Below are positions 27,892 through 37,524 of a DNA stretch of 64,000 nucleotides, piece by piece. A program made the position numbers and the translations under genes. A model generated the notes under the pieces. The model did no database searches and had not been told where the DNA came from. It saw nothing but the letters and a program-made list of their open reading frames with translations. The number at the start of each line of letters is the position of its first letter. Position 1 is the first letter of the stretch. The stretch comes from Spirochaetales bacterium. GTDB lineage: Bacteria; Spirochaetota; Spirochaetia; Treponematales; UBA12059. The stretch is taken from contig JAFGJV010000049.1 of NCBI GenBank assembly GCA_016928955.1, positions 3,624-67,623 of the forward strand. The letters are read 5' to 3'.

Positions 27892-29480
27892 ATATCCCCG
27901 CCGTCCGGGTCTATGGCTACCACGGCCGTAAGCCCGTCCAGTTCGACCAGGCGCACCGCCTCCATGCCCAGCTCGGGCCAGGCAAGCAGGGTGGCCGAGC
28001 GTACGCGGGAGGCGCCCAGGGCCGCAGCCCCGCCCACCGCCGCCAGATACACGCCGCCGTGGCGCGCGCAGGCGGCGCGGCACTCGTGCCCCCGCTCGCC
28101 CTTGCCTATCATCACCTTGAACGCGCCCGAGCCCATGAGCTCATCGCAGTAGCTGTCCATGCGCTTGGCCGTGGTCGGCCCGAGCGAGCCTATGACCTGT
28201 CCGTCGGGCGTGCCCGCCGGCCCGGCGTAGTACACCGGATAGCGCGTCCACTCGGGCAGGGCCGAGCCCTCGGCAAGGAGTCTGGACAGGCGGGCGTGGG
28301 CGGCGTCCCGGGCTAGCACAACCTGGCCGTGCAGTGCAACAAGCTGGCCGGCCTTGAGTCCCGGAGGAGGAACCCAGCCAGGACCCAGGTCCAGCCGCAG
28401 TGCCTGTCCACCGCGGGGGGCGGGGACGGCCGGCACGTCGCCGGGGCCGGCAAGGCGCTCCAGGTACCAGCCCGAGGGATCGGCGTAGGCCAGGGCTTGC
28501 CTGTGGGCCACGCAGGATACGCCCAGGCCTACAGGCAGGCTGGCAGCGTGGCGGCCTAGGCGGATAACGCGGGCGTCCCTGGCCAGGAAACGGCCCCCAA
28601 ACTGGGCGCCCCAGCCGCTGGCTGACGCCGCATCCATGACCAGGCTTTCAAGTTGGGGATCGCGGCAGGGGGATGGTCCGGTGGAGGGCAGGGCGTCCAG
28701 GGCGCCCAGGCAGGCCAGCTTAAGCGCTTTGAGGGTTTCTTCCGGGCTTTGGCCGCCTATAACCAGGGCCACGCGGTAGGGCGGACACGCGGACACGCCA
28801 AGGGAGCCCACGGCCGCGTGTATGAAGGCAGCCAGCCGCGCGGGTTCCAGGACGCGGCGCGTTTCCTGGAACAGGGCGGTTTTGTTGCTCGAGCCCCCGC
28901 CCTTGGCCGAGAAGAGAAAGCGCAGGGCGTTCCCGGGCACCAGGTGCGTGTCCACAGCGAGGGGAGCATTGTCGCCCGAATCCCGCTCAACGCCGGCCGG
29001 ATCCAACGCCAGCTGGCTGGCCCTGAAACGGCCGGCAGCCCACGCGTCCCGGGCGCCTTGGGCAAGAGCGTCGCCCAAACCGTTACAGAGCACGCGTTCT
29101 CCGCGCCATACGGACACGGCGGCCGTTCCCGTGTCCTGGCAGAGGGGGAACACGCCTTCGGCGGCCAGGCGGGCATTGGACAGGAGGGCGTCCAGGGCGG
29201 CCCGCTCCCCCTCGGACGCTGCAGGGGCTTCTGCCATGGCCGAAAGCTGGGCCAGAAAGCCCGGCCGTAGCCTGTGCTGCAGGGCGTTGAAGGCCCGCTC
29301 GGCCAGGGCGCGCGCCGAGCGCGGATCGACGCTGAGCAGGCTCTCCTTGCCGTTTCCCGTGACCGCGGGCGGTTCCAGGTCCAGCCGGGCGAACTCCAGG
29401 GGCCGGTCCCCGTCCATGCCGGCGGCCACAGAGCGGTAGGCCGCTTCCTCAAAGGACTGGGGCCATTCGGCTCCGCTCAT
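27855..29480 (-). CDS. Class I (Fe-S) fumarate hydratase, fused alpha-beta
   Basis: 541 aa. FPLCQDTGTAAV (Fe-S hydro-lyase alpha) and a C-terminal beta domain. ATGA overlap with the upstream gene. Confidence 0.75.
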   Translation of the reverse strand: MSGAEWPQSFEEAAYRSVAAGMDGDRPLEFARLDLEPPAVTGNGKESLLSVDPRSARALAERAFNALQHRLRPGFLAQLSAMAEAPAASEGERAALDALLSNARLAAEGVFPLCQDTGTAAVSVWRGERVLCNGLGDALAQGARDAWAAGRFRASQLALDPAGVERDSGDNAPLAVDTHLVPGNALRFLFSAKGGGSSNKTALFQETRRVLEPARLAAFIHAAVGSLGVSACPPYRVALVIGGQSPEETLKALKLACLGALDALPSTGPSPCRDPQLESLVMDAASASGWGAQFGGRFLARDARVIRLGRHAASLPVGLGVSCVAHRQALAYADPSGWYLERLAGPGDVPAVPAPRGGQALRLDLGPGWVPPPGLKAGQLVALHGQVVLARDAAHARLSRLLAEGSALPEWTRYPVYYAGPAGTPDGQVIGSLGPTTAKRMDSYCDELMGSGAFKVMIGKGERGHECRAACARHGGVYLAAVGGAAALGASRVRSATLLAWPELGMEAVRLVELDGLTAVVAIDPDGGDIYAGLPFSSQRR

Positions 29481-30601
29481 GGCAGTCTCCGGAGGCGTAT
29501 GGCGTCAGCCGGGCACACCTCGTGGCAGCAGTAACAGCGTATGCACGAGGAATAGTCCACCAGGGGAGCGTTTTTGCCGTCCTCAAAACGCAGGGCCGTG
29601 GCCGGGCATATCTTTACGCAGGCCCCGCAGCGCACGCAGCGGCGGTCGGAGAAGAAGGGGCGCGCCACGGTCAGGTTCCTGGCCAGCCTGTGCAGCCAAG
29701 CGGGCATATGGCGTTTGAAAAAATCCGTTTCCTTGAGCACGCGCACGCGCTGGAAGTGCGGCACCACGCGCCTGGCCGGATCCTCGCCCACGGTCTTGAT
29801 GGCCGACGGCTCAAATCCGTAGCGGGTGTCCCCGGCGGCCACGGCCAGATAGGGCACGTCCGCGGGGTTGTAGCCTATGACGCCCGCGGCTATCCAGTCC
29901 AGGTCAAAGCCGTTTTTGGCGGCCAGGATCAGGCCTATGTCCCTGGGTTTGCCGTTGTTCGGCCCCGGGCCTTCCATGCCAACCACGGCGTCCATCACGC
30001 AGAATGCCGGTTTGACCGCCAGATAGAGATCGGCCAGCATGCGCGCGAAATCCGCGCGGCCGGGAAAGCGCAGGTGAAAGGCGCTCTTCCGCAGGCCGGG
30101 CACGCAGCCGAACAGGTTTTTGACCGCGCCCGTGTAGTACATCAGGCCGTGGGTTTTCAGCTTGGGCAGGTTGACGACGATGTCGGCATCGGCCACCGCC
30201 TTGGCCAGCTCAAAGCGCCGCATCATGCCACCGCCCGGCAGGTCCACGGTGACCGGGTCGCTGAAATCGGCCCACAGAAGCCCCTCGGACGCTATCACGT
30301 CCTGCATGCCGGTCTTGCCCGCCACCGACGACAGGGCCTGCCAGCCCGGCGAGTCGCCCACCAGCACGCGGGCCGCCCCGGCTGCCTTGACAGCGCGGGC
30401 TGCCGCGCGCACCACGGCGGGATGGGTGGTGGCGGCTCGGATGGGATCGGATGCCAGCAACAGATTGGGCTTGAGGAGCACCGTGGCTCCGGTCATGGAG
30501 GGGAGGCCGGCGGCCCGGGCGGCTTCCGCCACCGCCCTGTCCACGGCCGCCTGGTCGTAGGAGCGGCAGTCGGACAGGGCAACGATATGGTCGCTGGTCA
30601 T
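29477..30601 (-). CDS. DUF362-domain protein with a C-terminal 2x[4Fe-4S] ferredoxin domain
   Basis: CVRCGACVKICP and CIRCYCCHEVCP motifs. DUF362-like N-region (LLKPNLL, GDSPG). Confidence 0.65.
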   Translation of the reverse strand: MTSDHIVALSDCRSYDQAAVDRAVAEAARAAGLPSMTGATVLLKPNLLLASDPIRAATTHPAVVRAAARAVKAAGAARVLVGDSPGWQALSSVAGKTGMQDVIASEGLLWADFSDPVTVDLPGGGMMRRFELAKAVADADIVVNLPKLKTHGLMYYTGAVKNLFGCVPGLRKSAFHLRFPGRADFARMLADLYLAVKPAFCVMDAVVGMEGPGPNNGKPRDIGLILAAKNGFDLDWIAAGVIGYNPADVPYLAVAAGDTRYGFEPSAIKTVGEDPARRVVPHFQRVRVLKETDFFKRHMPAWLHRLARNLTVARPFFSDRRCVRCGACVKICPATALRFEDGKNAPLVDYSSCIRCYCCHEVCPADAIRLRRLP

Positions 30602-32125
30602 TCAGAACCCTGTGCTCAGGGACAGCCCGGCTTCCCAGGATACGGGCTCCGGCGCGAACGCCATGCCGCCCCACAGCCGTATGGTAAAGGCCAGGCCCGG
30701 CGGTATGAACCTGAGCTCGCCTGCCGCGCGGACGGGCCAGCCCAGGGCGTAGCCGTCCGCCAGGTCGCTGTCCTCGATCTTGGCGGACAGGGCGGCGCCC
30801 AGCGCGTAGTCCGACAGCTGGACGCCCACGGCCAGGCCGGATGTCCAGGCAAAGCCGTCCGCCCAGCGCATGCCCACGTCTGGCGCAAGCGTCAGGTTGA
30901 AGAAGCGGGTGCCAAGGCCTAGTGGAAGGCTGAAGCCAATACCGGACGGATGGGCCTGGTCGGACGCGGACAGGCGGCCGTCCAGCACCAGGGAAGCGGC
31001 CACCGGCTGGGGCAGGGGCAGGCCAAGCCTGAGCGCCAAGAGGCCGGTACCCGGACCGTCCACCAAAGCGCGGATGCCCACGCCGGCTTCCAAGGAGCCT
31101 TCCAGGCTGAAGCGGGCCGCAAGGTCGGCGCCGCCCGTGACGTCCCCGGCGGCCGTGCCCAGGAAGACGGCTCCAAAGTCCACCCCAAAGGCGTCCGTGG
31201 CCGGCGGAAGGGCGTCAGGCGCGTGCACGGCCCCGGTCAGAACCCCACAGCGGCCGGCAGGCACCAGGACCAGGCTGGAGTCTATTTCAAGAGCAAGGTC
31301 AAACACCCATTCAGGCCGCTCGGATTCAGTGCCCTCCTCGGGCCAGGCTGTAAGGGTTGCCGTGTAGGTACCGTCCGGCAAAGCGGTGCCGTCGTTGCTT
31401 CTGCCGTCCCAGGCCACGCGCTGGTCCCAGGTGGCGAAAGGCTCCAGCTCCAGCGTGGCCACTTCGGCGCCGCCTTGGTCCCTGACGGTCAGGGAGCCGC
31501 GGCCGGGGGCGCTGACGCGGAACCTGATTTCGGCTACTCCCCGAGCACCGGCGTTCAGCGGGTTAAAGCGCTCAGCGCTGACCCTGACGTTCTCCACCAC
31601 GAAGGGGGCGCGGTCCAGGTCGACCATCAAGGTGGTGATGGCGCGGTCCAGGATGAGTACGGTGCTGGTCTCGGACAGGTACCCAAAGGCGCGTACCTCG
31701 ACCAGGCGCTGTCCGGACGGCAGTTCCAGCACACCGAGGGGGTGAACCTCGTCGTCGTCCACCACCACCTCCGCCCAGGCGGGGCTGGCGCTGACGGCCA
31801 GATACCCGGTCCGGAGCTCCAGGGCCACGATGACGGTGGTCCTGGTGTCAGCCGCCAGGTTGAGGTCCAGGACAAAATCGTAGTACCCCTCATCCCTGAG
31901 TATGAGCCGGTGCTTGCCCGGGGCTAGCCCGGTGACCGTGGCGGGCGTGTTGCCCTTGTATGCGTAGTCAACAAAGACGTCCACGCCGCGTTCTTCGGTC
32001 TGGACGACGAGTTCGGCGGCGCCGCCCAGGCTTGCCGCCTCCACGACCACTTCCGGCACCGGGGCATCCGCAAAAGCGCCGGAGGCCAGGGCCGCAAGCA
32101 CGATAAGGGGGAGGTATCGTTTCAT
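30602..32125 (-). CDS. Secreted PEGA-domain / FlgD-Ig-like-domain protein
   Basis: Signal peptide MKRYLPLIVLAALASGAFA. PEGA-like repeats (VFVDYAYKGNTPATVTGLAPGKHRLIL). The FlgD-Ig-like segment GSLTVRDQGGAEVATLELE...DGTYTATLTA. The stop abuts the DUF362 start. Confidence 0.5.
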   Translation of the reverse strand: MKRYLPLIVLAALASGAFADAPVPEVVVEAASLGGAAELVVQTEERGVDVFVDYAYKGNTPATVTGLAPGKHRLILRDEGYYDFVLDLNLAADTRTTVIVALELRTGYLAVSASPAWAEVVVDDDEVHPLGVLELPSGQRLVEVRAFGYLSETSTVLILDRAITTLMVDLDRAPFVVENVRVSAERFNPLNAGARGVAEIRFRVSAPGRGSLTVRDQGGAEVATLELEPFATWDQRVAWDGRSNDGTALPDGTYTATLTAWPEEGTESERPEWVFDLALEIDSSLVLVPAGRCGVLTGAVHAPDALPPATDAFGVDFGAVFLGTAAGDVTGGADLAARFSLEGSLEAGVGIRALVDGPGTGLLALRLGLPLPQPVAASLVLDGRLSASDQAHPSGIGFSLPLGLGTRFFNLTLAPDVGMRWADGFAWTSGLAVGVQLSDYALGAALSAKIEDSDLADGYALGWPVRAAGELRFIPPGLAFTIRLWGGMAFAPEPVSWEAGLSLSTGF

Positions 32126-32265
32126 GCTGGTACTGTATCCCATGCGGCACGGACCGCTCAAGCGTTACCGTGGCCATGACGGCGGCCTTGCCAGCTCCGC
32201 CGGCCTGGCCCTACAATGGGGAACCTGATAGGTCCCGCCGCGCGCGGGGCGGACAAGGAGTCCGG

Positions 32266-33174
32266 GTGGGAACAGTTATCCCCGTGGCGTCCGGCAAGGG
32301 CGGCGTGGGCAAGACCGTGGTGGCGGCCAACCTGGGCCTGGCCCTGTCGGCCCTGGGCAAGACCGTTGTGCTTGTCGACCTGGATCTGGGCGGGGCCAAC
32401 CTTCACACGGTCCTGGGCGTCAGGAACCGGCACGCGGGGCTCGGCTCGCTGATATGGCGCACGGAAACCAAGCTGGACACCCTGGTGGTGGCCACCGGCT
32501 ATCCGCGCCTGTATCTCATACCGGGCGACTCCCTGCTGCCTGGCACGGCCAACCCCGACTATTCCATCAAGCGGCGCATCATGCGCGACCTCGGGACCCT
32601 GCCCGCTGATTTTGTCATCCTGGACCTTGGCGCCGGCTCGTCGTACACGGTGGTGGATTTCTGGCTGATGGCGCCGGACGGTTTCCTGGTGGTCGTGCCC
32701 GAAATCCCGTCCATCCTGAACGCGTACTCGTTCCTCAAGACGGCCGCGTTCCGCCTGTTCCTCCGCTCCTTCCCCCGGGGCGACGAAGCCAGGGCCCAAG
32801 CCTTGCGCCATGCGGCCGGCTCGCGGGAGGGCAAGGCCCAGCGGCTCTTGGATTTCGCGGTGGATCTTGCGGGCCAGGCCGGGGAGCGAGGAGCCCAGGC
32901 CCTGGAAGCGCTGCGGAGCCTGAAACCCAGGGTGATCGTCAACCTGGCGGAGGGCAGGGCGGGCGAGCCGGAGCTGGCCGGCCGGCTTGGCGGCATAGCC
33001 AAGGCGCATCTGGGCATAGATCCAGAGTACGTGGCGACCCTGCCGCGCGACCCGGCCGTGTCGTCGTCCATAGCCCGTCCGGAACCGGTGCTGGCCATGT
33101 CCCCGCAAGCGCCCTTTTCCCTGGCCCTGGCGGGCTTGGCCAGACAGCTTGCGGGCGGCTCAGGCCAAAAATAG
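32266..33174 (+). CDS. ParA/MinD-family P-loop ATPase (orphan)
   Basis: Deviant Walker A ASGKGGVGKT. GTG start with AAGGAG 5 nt upstream, chosen over the long ORF extension. Confidence 0.7.
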   Translation: MGTVIPVASGKGGVGKTVVAANLGLALSALGKTVVLVDLDLGGANLHTVLGVRNRHAGLGSLIWRTETKLDTLVVATGYPRLYLIPGDSLLPGTANPDYSIKRRIMRDLGTLPADFVILDLGAGSSYTVVDFWLMAPDGFLVVVPEIPSILNAYSFLKTAAFRLFLRSFPRGDEARAQALRHAAGSREGKAQRLLDFAVDLAGQAGERGAQALEALRSLKPRVIVNLAEGRAGEPELAGRLGGIAKAHLGIDPEYVATLPRDPAVSSSIARPEPVLAMSPQAPFSLALAGLARQLAGGSGQK

Positions 33175-33807
33175 GGTCAGGCTTACGTAGCTGAGGGCAA
33201 CGCCGCCAAAGGAAAAGGCGTGCCACAGGGCATGGGCGTAGGGAAAGCCGTCCTTGCCGGCAAACAAGAGGGCGACCAGGAACATGCCGCCACCGGCGAA
33301 CACCCAGCCAAAGGCTTCCGCGCCAAAGGCCGGCCGCACGCCCGGCAGGACGGGCAGGACCACGAAGAAAAACGCGTAGCCCAGGGACACGGCGTACCTG
33401 CGGAACCAGCCTACCAGGGCCAGGTGTAGGACAAAGCCGCCAAAAGCGTAGGCCCAGGCCAGGGAGAAGGTCAGCCAGCGCGTTACCCCGTGAAAATATG
33501 AAAAGGCAACGGGCATAAGCATGCCGGCGGGCAGGAAGAAGGTGCCTGCTTCCTCAAGGGCCAGGAGGGCCCCGCGCCTGCCCGTAAAGGCGGACAGGGC
33601 TCCCATGACAAAGCGTAAAATCAGGCAGGCTCCATATATGGATACGGCGACGATATAGCCGGCCCTGCCCGGCCAGGCATCGCGCGAGGCCGTGCGCGCC
33701 GCCAGCACGGCAAAGCCTGCCGTGGCCAGGGCCGACGCGACGATGCATACCACGCCGGAGGCAAGGTCTTTGGTGCGCGGCAAGGCGCCAGTTTCCGGGC
33801 CGACCAT
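33160..33807 (-). CDS. Hemolysin III / PAQR family membrane protein
   Basis: Seven TM helices. HALWHAFSFGGVALSY signature. Confidence 0.75.
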   Translation of the reverse strand: MVGPETGALPRTKDLASGVVCIVASALATAGFAVLAARTASRDAWPGRAGYIVAVSIYGACLILRFVMGALSAFTGRRGALLALEEAGTFFLPAGMLMPVAFSYFHGVTRWLTFSLAWAYAFGGFVLHLALVGWFRRYAVSLGYAFFFVVLPVLPGVRPAFGAEAFGWVFAGGGMFLVALLFAGKDGFPYAHALWHAFSFGGVALSYVSLTLFLA

Positions 33808-33905
33808 GCCGCCAGCCTAGCCTGAAAGCCGGTTCGGCGGCAACGTCCCCTAAACACGGCCCTTCCCCTTGCCCCACAGGCCCGCGGACGCGTATCATCG
33901 CGCCC

Positions 33906-35141
33906 ATGCGCCTGCTCCAGCTCCTGGCCACGGCCGCCTGCCTTCTGGCCCTGTCATGCGGCCACCGCGCCGCCAACCCGCTCCCCGATCCCTATCCGCC
34001 TCCCACGGCGTCGCCATACACGGCCGAGCTGAACCAGGCGGCCAGGGCCGTGGTCGCCGGCATGGATGACGATACCCTGGCCGGACAGGTCATCATGACC
34101 GGGGTGGGAGGCCGGGGCAGGTTGGACGACGCCAATAGCCGGTATCTTGAGGAGCTCAAGCCGGGAGCCATCCTGCTGTTCCGCTTCAACGTGCCCGCCA
34201 AACCCCTGGAGCTCCGGCCCTTCGCGGACCAAGTGGCGAGCGCCGCTGGCGGGCTCAGGGCCTTTGTCGCCATAGACCATGAGGGCGGAGACGTATTCCG
34301 CTTTGGTGCCGGTGTCACACGTTTGCCATCAGCCGCCGTCCTGGGAAGCGGGGGCCCGGACGCGGCCGAAGCGGCGGGCAGGGCAGCGGGCACTGAACTG
34401 GCCGCCCTGGGCGTTACCTTGAACCTGGCCCCCGTGGCGGAAGCCCTGGACGACCACAATCGCGCATTTCTGGGCACCAGGACGTTCTCGACCGGGCCGT
34501 TGGAATCGGGCTCCCTGGCCTGGGCCTTCCTCCGCGCCTGCCAGGACGCGGGCACCGCCGGGGCGCTCAAGCATTTCCCGGGCAACGCGGGGGCCGACCC
34601 CCACCACGGACTCCCGGTGATATCGGCCACGGGAGCCGAGCTGAAAGCCCGGTACGCCGTCCCCTTCATGGCAGCCCTGCGGGCACGGCCGGCCGCCGTG
34701 GTCCTGTCTCACGCCGTGGTGGCCGGGCTGGACCCGGAAACACCAGCCACCCTGTCGGCTCCGGTCATCCTGGCGCTCAAGCGCGTGCTGGGCTTTGACG
34801 GCATAGTGCTGACAGACGACCTGGTGATGGGAGCCCTGGGCGGGGAGGGAAGCGTGGGCGCCACGGCCGTCCGCGCCCTGAACGCGGGGGCAGACATGCT
34901 GATGGTGTCCGGCGGCCGTCCGGCCCTTGCCTCGCGCGACGCCATCCTGGGCGCCTTGGCGGACGGAACCCTGTCCCGGGCGCGGCTGGAAGACGCAGCC
35001 TTCCGCGTGGTCAGGGAAAAACTGCGCTTTGGGTCGGACAGCCCCATAGGGACTCTGGATGGCGCATCATTCCAGGCCATGGTGGCCCGGAACCGGGCGG
35101 CGCTGGATGCCGCCCTTCAGCCCGAGAGCGCGGCTCAGTGA
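33906..35141 (+). CDS. Glycoside hydrolase family 3 beta-N-acetylhexosaminidase (NagZ-like), lipoprotein
   Basis: LALSCG lipobox. GH3 N-domain motifs: AIDHEGGDVFRF, KHFPGNAGADPHHG. Confidence 0.8.
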   Translation: MRLLQLLATAACLLALSCGHRAANPLPDPYPPPTASPYTAELNQAARAVVAGMDDDTLAGQVIMTGVGGRGRLDDANSRYLEELKPGAILLFRFNVPAKPLELRPFADQVASAAGGLRAFVAIDHEGGDVFRFGAGVTRLPSAAVLGSGGPDAAEAAGRAAGTELAALGVTLNLAPVAEALDDHNRAFLGTRTFSTGPLESGSLAWAFLRACQDAGTAGALKHFPGNAGADPHHGLPVISATGAELKARYAVPFMAALRARPAAVVLSHAVVAGLDPETPATLSAPVILALKRVLGFDGIVLTDDLVMGALGGEGSVGATAVRALNAGADMLMVSGGRPALASRDAILGALADGTLSRARLEDAAFRVVREKLRFGSDSPIGTLDGASFQAMVARNRAALDAALQPESAAQ

Positions 35142-35212
35142 CCGGGGCGCGTTCTCAGGCGTGCATGCGCCAGGCGCTTATACCAGGCGGCCTGAAAGCC
35201 GAAAATAGTCGT

Positions 35213-36331
35213 ATGGCAATCCGAAGTTGCGTCGTTCTGGCCCTGTCGCTCCTTGTCCTCACACCCGCGGTGGCCGATGGCCTGAGCATCGAGCCGGCGG
35301 ACATGCGCGTGGAACAGCGCGGCGACGGAGGGTACCACCTGTTTGTCCGGGCCAAACCGGGTCTGGGTTCCATCCTGCTCACCGAGACTACCCGGGATCC
35401 GGGCGGCAAGGACGCGAGCTACGCCTACCGCGCGGAAACCTGGAACCAGGTCAACGGCGACGAGCGGCGCATGCTGGACGGCGCCTTCATACCGGCGTCG
35501 TCTAAGATTTACTCGCTCATCGATTCCAGCCCCGAGTCTGACGCCGCGTTTGGCTCCGCCTTCCATGTTTTCATCCCCTGGGTAGTGGCCTACGGCTACC
35601 CGTGGACCCGGAACGGCCGCGTGTTCATTGCCGACGGGACCTTTATCAACGTGCGGGCCTTTGCCCTTCCGTACGCCGACTACGCGGGCGCCTACCGGGA
35701 CAATCCCTTCCTGGTGTCCGTGGCCCAGGCGCCCCTGGCTCGGGACGATACGGACCTGTCCGCGTACATGCAGGAGACCGTGGACTCCTTTGGCGACCTG
35801 GCTTCAGCGTCGGGCGGCGCCACCGAGTACTCCCTGGGCACCAGCGACATCATACCGACCCTGGCCCGCATCCTGGACGGCATAGAGGGCGACGAGCTGG
35901 ACCTGGTCATCTGCCTGGACACTACGGACTCAATGGCCGACGACATAGACGCCATCAAGGAAGCTTTGCCGCCCATGGTCACGGAAAAGACGGCGCGCTT
36001 CAGACGCTTCCGCCTGGGCCTGGTGCTGTACAAGGACTATTACGAGGAATACGTGGTCAAGCGCTTCGAGTTTACGCTCGATCCGAGCTCGTTCACCACG
36101 GCTGTTGCCCAGGTGCGCGTCATGGGCGGGCGCGACATTCCTGAGGCCGTATACGAGGCCCTGTACGAGTCGCTTACCGGCTATGTGTGGGAGGCAGACG
36201 CCAGGGCCATCGTGCTCATAGGCGACGCCCCGCCCCATCCCCTGCCCCGGGGAGAGGTGGACAAGGACATGGTGGCGGCTGCGGCCAAGGAACTGGCCGT
36301 GGGCATCAGCGTGATCATCCTCCCGCAGTAG
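35213..36331 (+). CDS. Secreted protein with a C-terminal von Willebrand factor A domain
   Basis: Signal peptide. MIDAS-like DTTDS within DLVICLDTTDSMADD. The vWA-like strand order (LGLVLYKD...AIVLIGDAPPH). Confidence 0.55.
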   Translation: MAIRSCVVLALSLLVLTPAVADGLSIEPADMRVEQRGDGGYHLFVRAKPGLGSILLTETTRDPGGKDASYAYRAETWNQVNGDERRMLDGAFIPASSKIYSLIDSSPESDAAFGSAFHVFIPWVVAYGYPWTRNGRVFIADGTFINVRAFALPYADYAGAYRDNPFLVSVAQAPLARDDTDLSAYMQETVDSFGDLASASGGATEYSLGTSDIIPTLARILDGIEGDELDLVICLDTTDSMADDIDAIKEALPPMVTEKTARFRRFRLGLVLYKDYYEEYVVKRFEFTLDPSSFTTAVAQVRVMGGRDIPEAVYEALYESLTGYVWEADARAIVLIGDAPPHPLPRGEVDKDMVAAAAKELAVGISVIILPQ

Positions 36332-36407
36332 GCGGAAGCGGGGAAAATACGGAGATCCGCCGTTTACAGGACCGCGCCCGGCACGTTACAATGGGCAAGG
36401 ACGCGGC

Positions 36408-37415
36408 GTGGATGCGGACGGCGGAACGGTGTACGACATGGGGGACGCGGTGGCTGTGAGCAGGAAGACAAAAAAGCGGGAGCGGAGCGTCGAAGCCCTT
36501 GAGCGCCTGTCCAATCCCGGCACCCTCAAGGCCGTGGCCGCCGTGCTGGTCTTTGGCTTTGTGTTCCTCGGCTCACCCCCACGGGCGGTCATGGCCGCCC
36601 ACTCAAGCAACGTGGGTTCCGCGGGCTTCAAGGACGTGGCAGGCGCCCACCTGTCCGGCGTTGTCCTGGATGCCGCCGAGCCCGCAGACGAGGGGCTGTT
36701 CTACAGCGTGTACAAGGTGGTCAAGGGCGACACGGTATCGGCCATCGCCGAGGAATACGGCGTTACGGTGGACTCCATCGTCACCTTCAACCGCATTACC
36801 AACACCAGGGCCCTGGCCGTTGACCGCCTCCTCAAAATACCTTCCTTGAACGGCATCCTGTACGACCCGGACGCGGAGGACACCGTGGCCGCCCTGGCCG
36901 ACGAGTACGAGATATCCGCCGAGCGCATACGCGAGGTGAACGAGCTGCGCGGCGACGACCTGGCGGAAGGCCAACCCATTTTTCTGCCGGACGCCCGCCT
37001 GTCCAGCTTTGCCCTCAGGGAGATCAACGGCGACCTGTTCAGCTGGCCCCTGCGGGGCTGGATAACCAGCTGGTACGGCTGGCGCCAGGACCCCTTTACC
37101 GGCGCCCGCAGTTTCCACACCGGCATAGACATAGGTGCAGCCCACGGCAAGGCCGTGTACGCCGCCATGGAGGGCGTGGTGACGGCCGTTGGCTACAGCA
37201 CCGTGGCGGGCAATTATGTGATCATATCCCACCATTCGGGCTATTCGACCCTGTACGCGCACCTGTCCAGCACCCTGGTGAAAAACCGCCAGAGGGTCAG
37301 CACGGCCACGGTGATAGGCCGGGTGGGCAGCACGGGCTACAGTACGGGCCCGCACCTCCACTTCACGGTGAACAAGAACGGCCGTACCCTGAACCCCATG
37401 ACCGTGCTCCGGTAG
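36408..37415 (+). CDS. LysM-domain M23 family metallopeptidase
   Basis: LysM (YKVVKGDTVSAIAEEYGV). M23 motifs HTGIDIGAAHG and GSTGYSTGPHLHF. The start is ambiguous (GTG 36408 or ATG 36438). Confidence 0.8.
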   Translation: MDADGGTVYDMGDAVAVSRKTKKRERSVEALERLSNPGTLKAVAAVLVFGFVFLGSPPRAVMAAHSSNVGSAGFKDVAGAHLSGVVLDAAEPADEGLFYSVYKVVKGDTVSAIAEEYGVTVDSIVTFNRITNTRALAVDRLLKIPSLNGILYDPDAEDTVAALADEYEISAERIREVNELRGDDLAEGQPIFLPDARLSSFALREINGDLFSWPLRGWITSWYGWRQDPFTGARSFHTGIDIGAAHGKAVYAAMEGVVTAVGYSTVAGNYVIISHHSGYSTLYAHLSSTLVKNRQRVSTATVIGRVGSTGYSTGPHLHFTVNKNGRTLNPMTVLR

Positions 37416-37524
37416 GCTCAGGCGGCGGCGCGAACATCAAAGCTTCGTAGCACTAGGGGACGGCGCCCAGCGGAACGCTCCGCGGTTTGACAGGCCGATT
37501 CTTTTCAGGTACCATAGCCCTACG

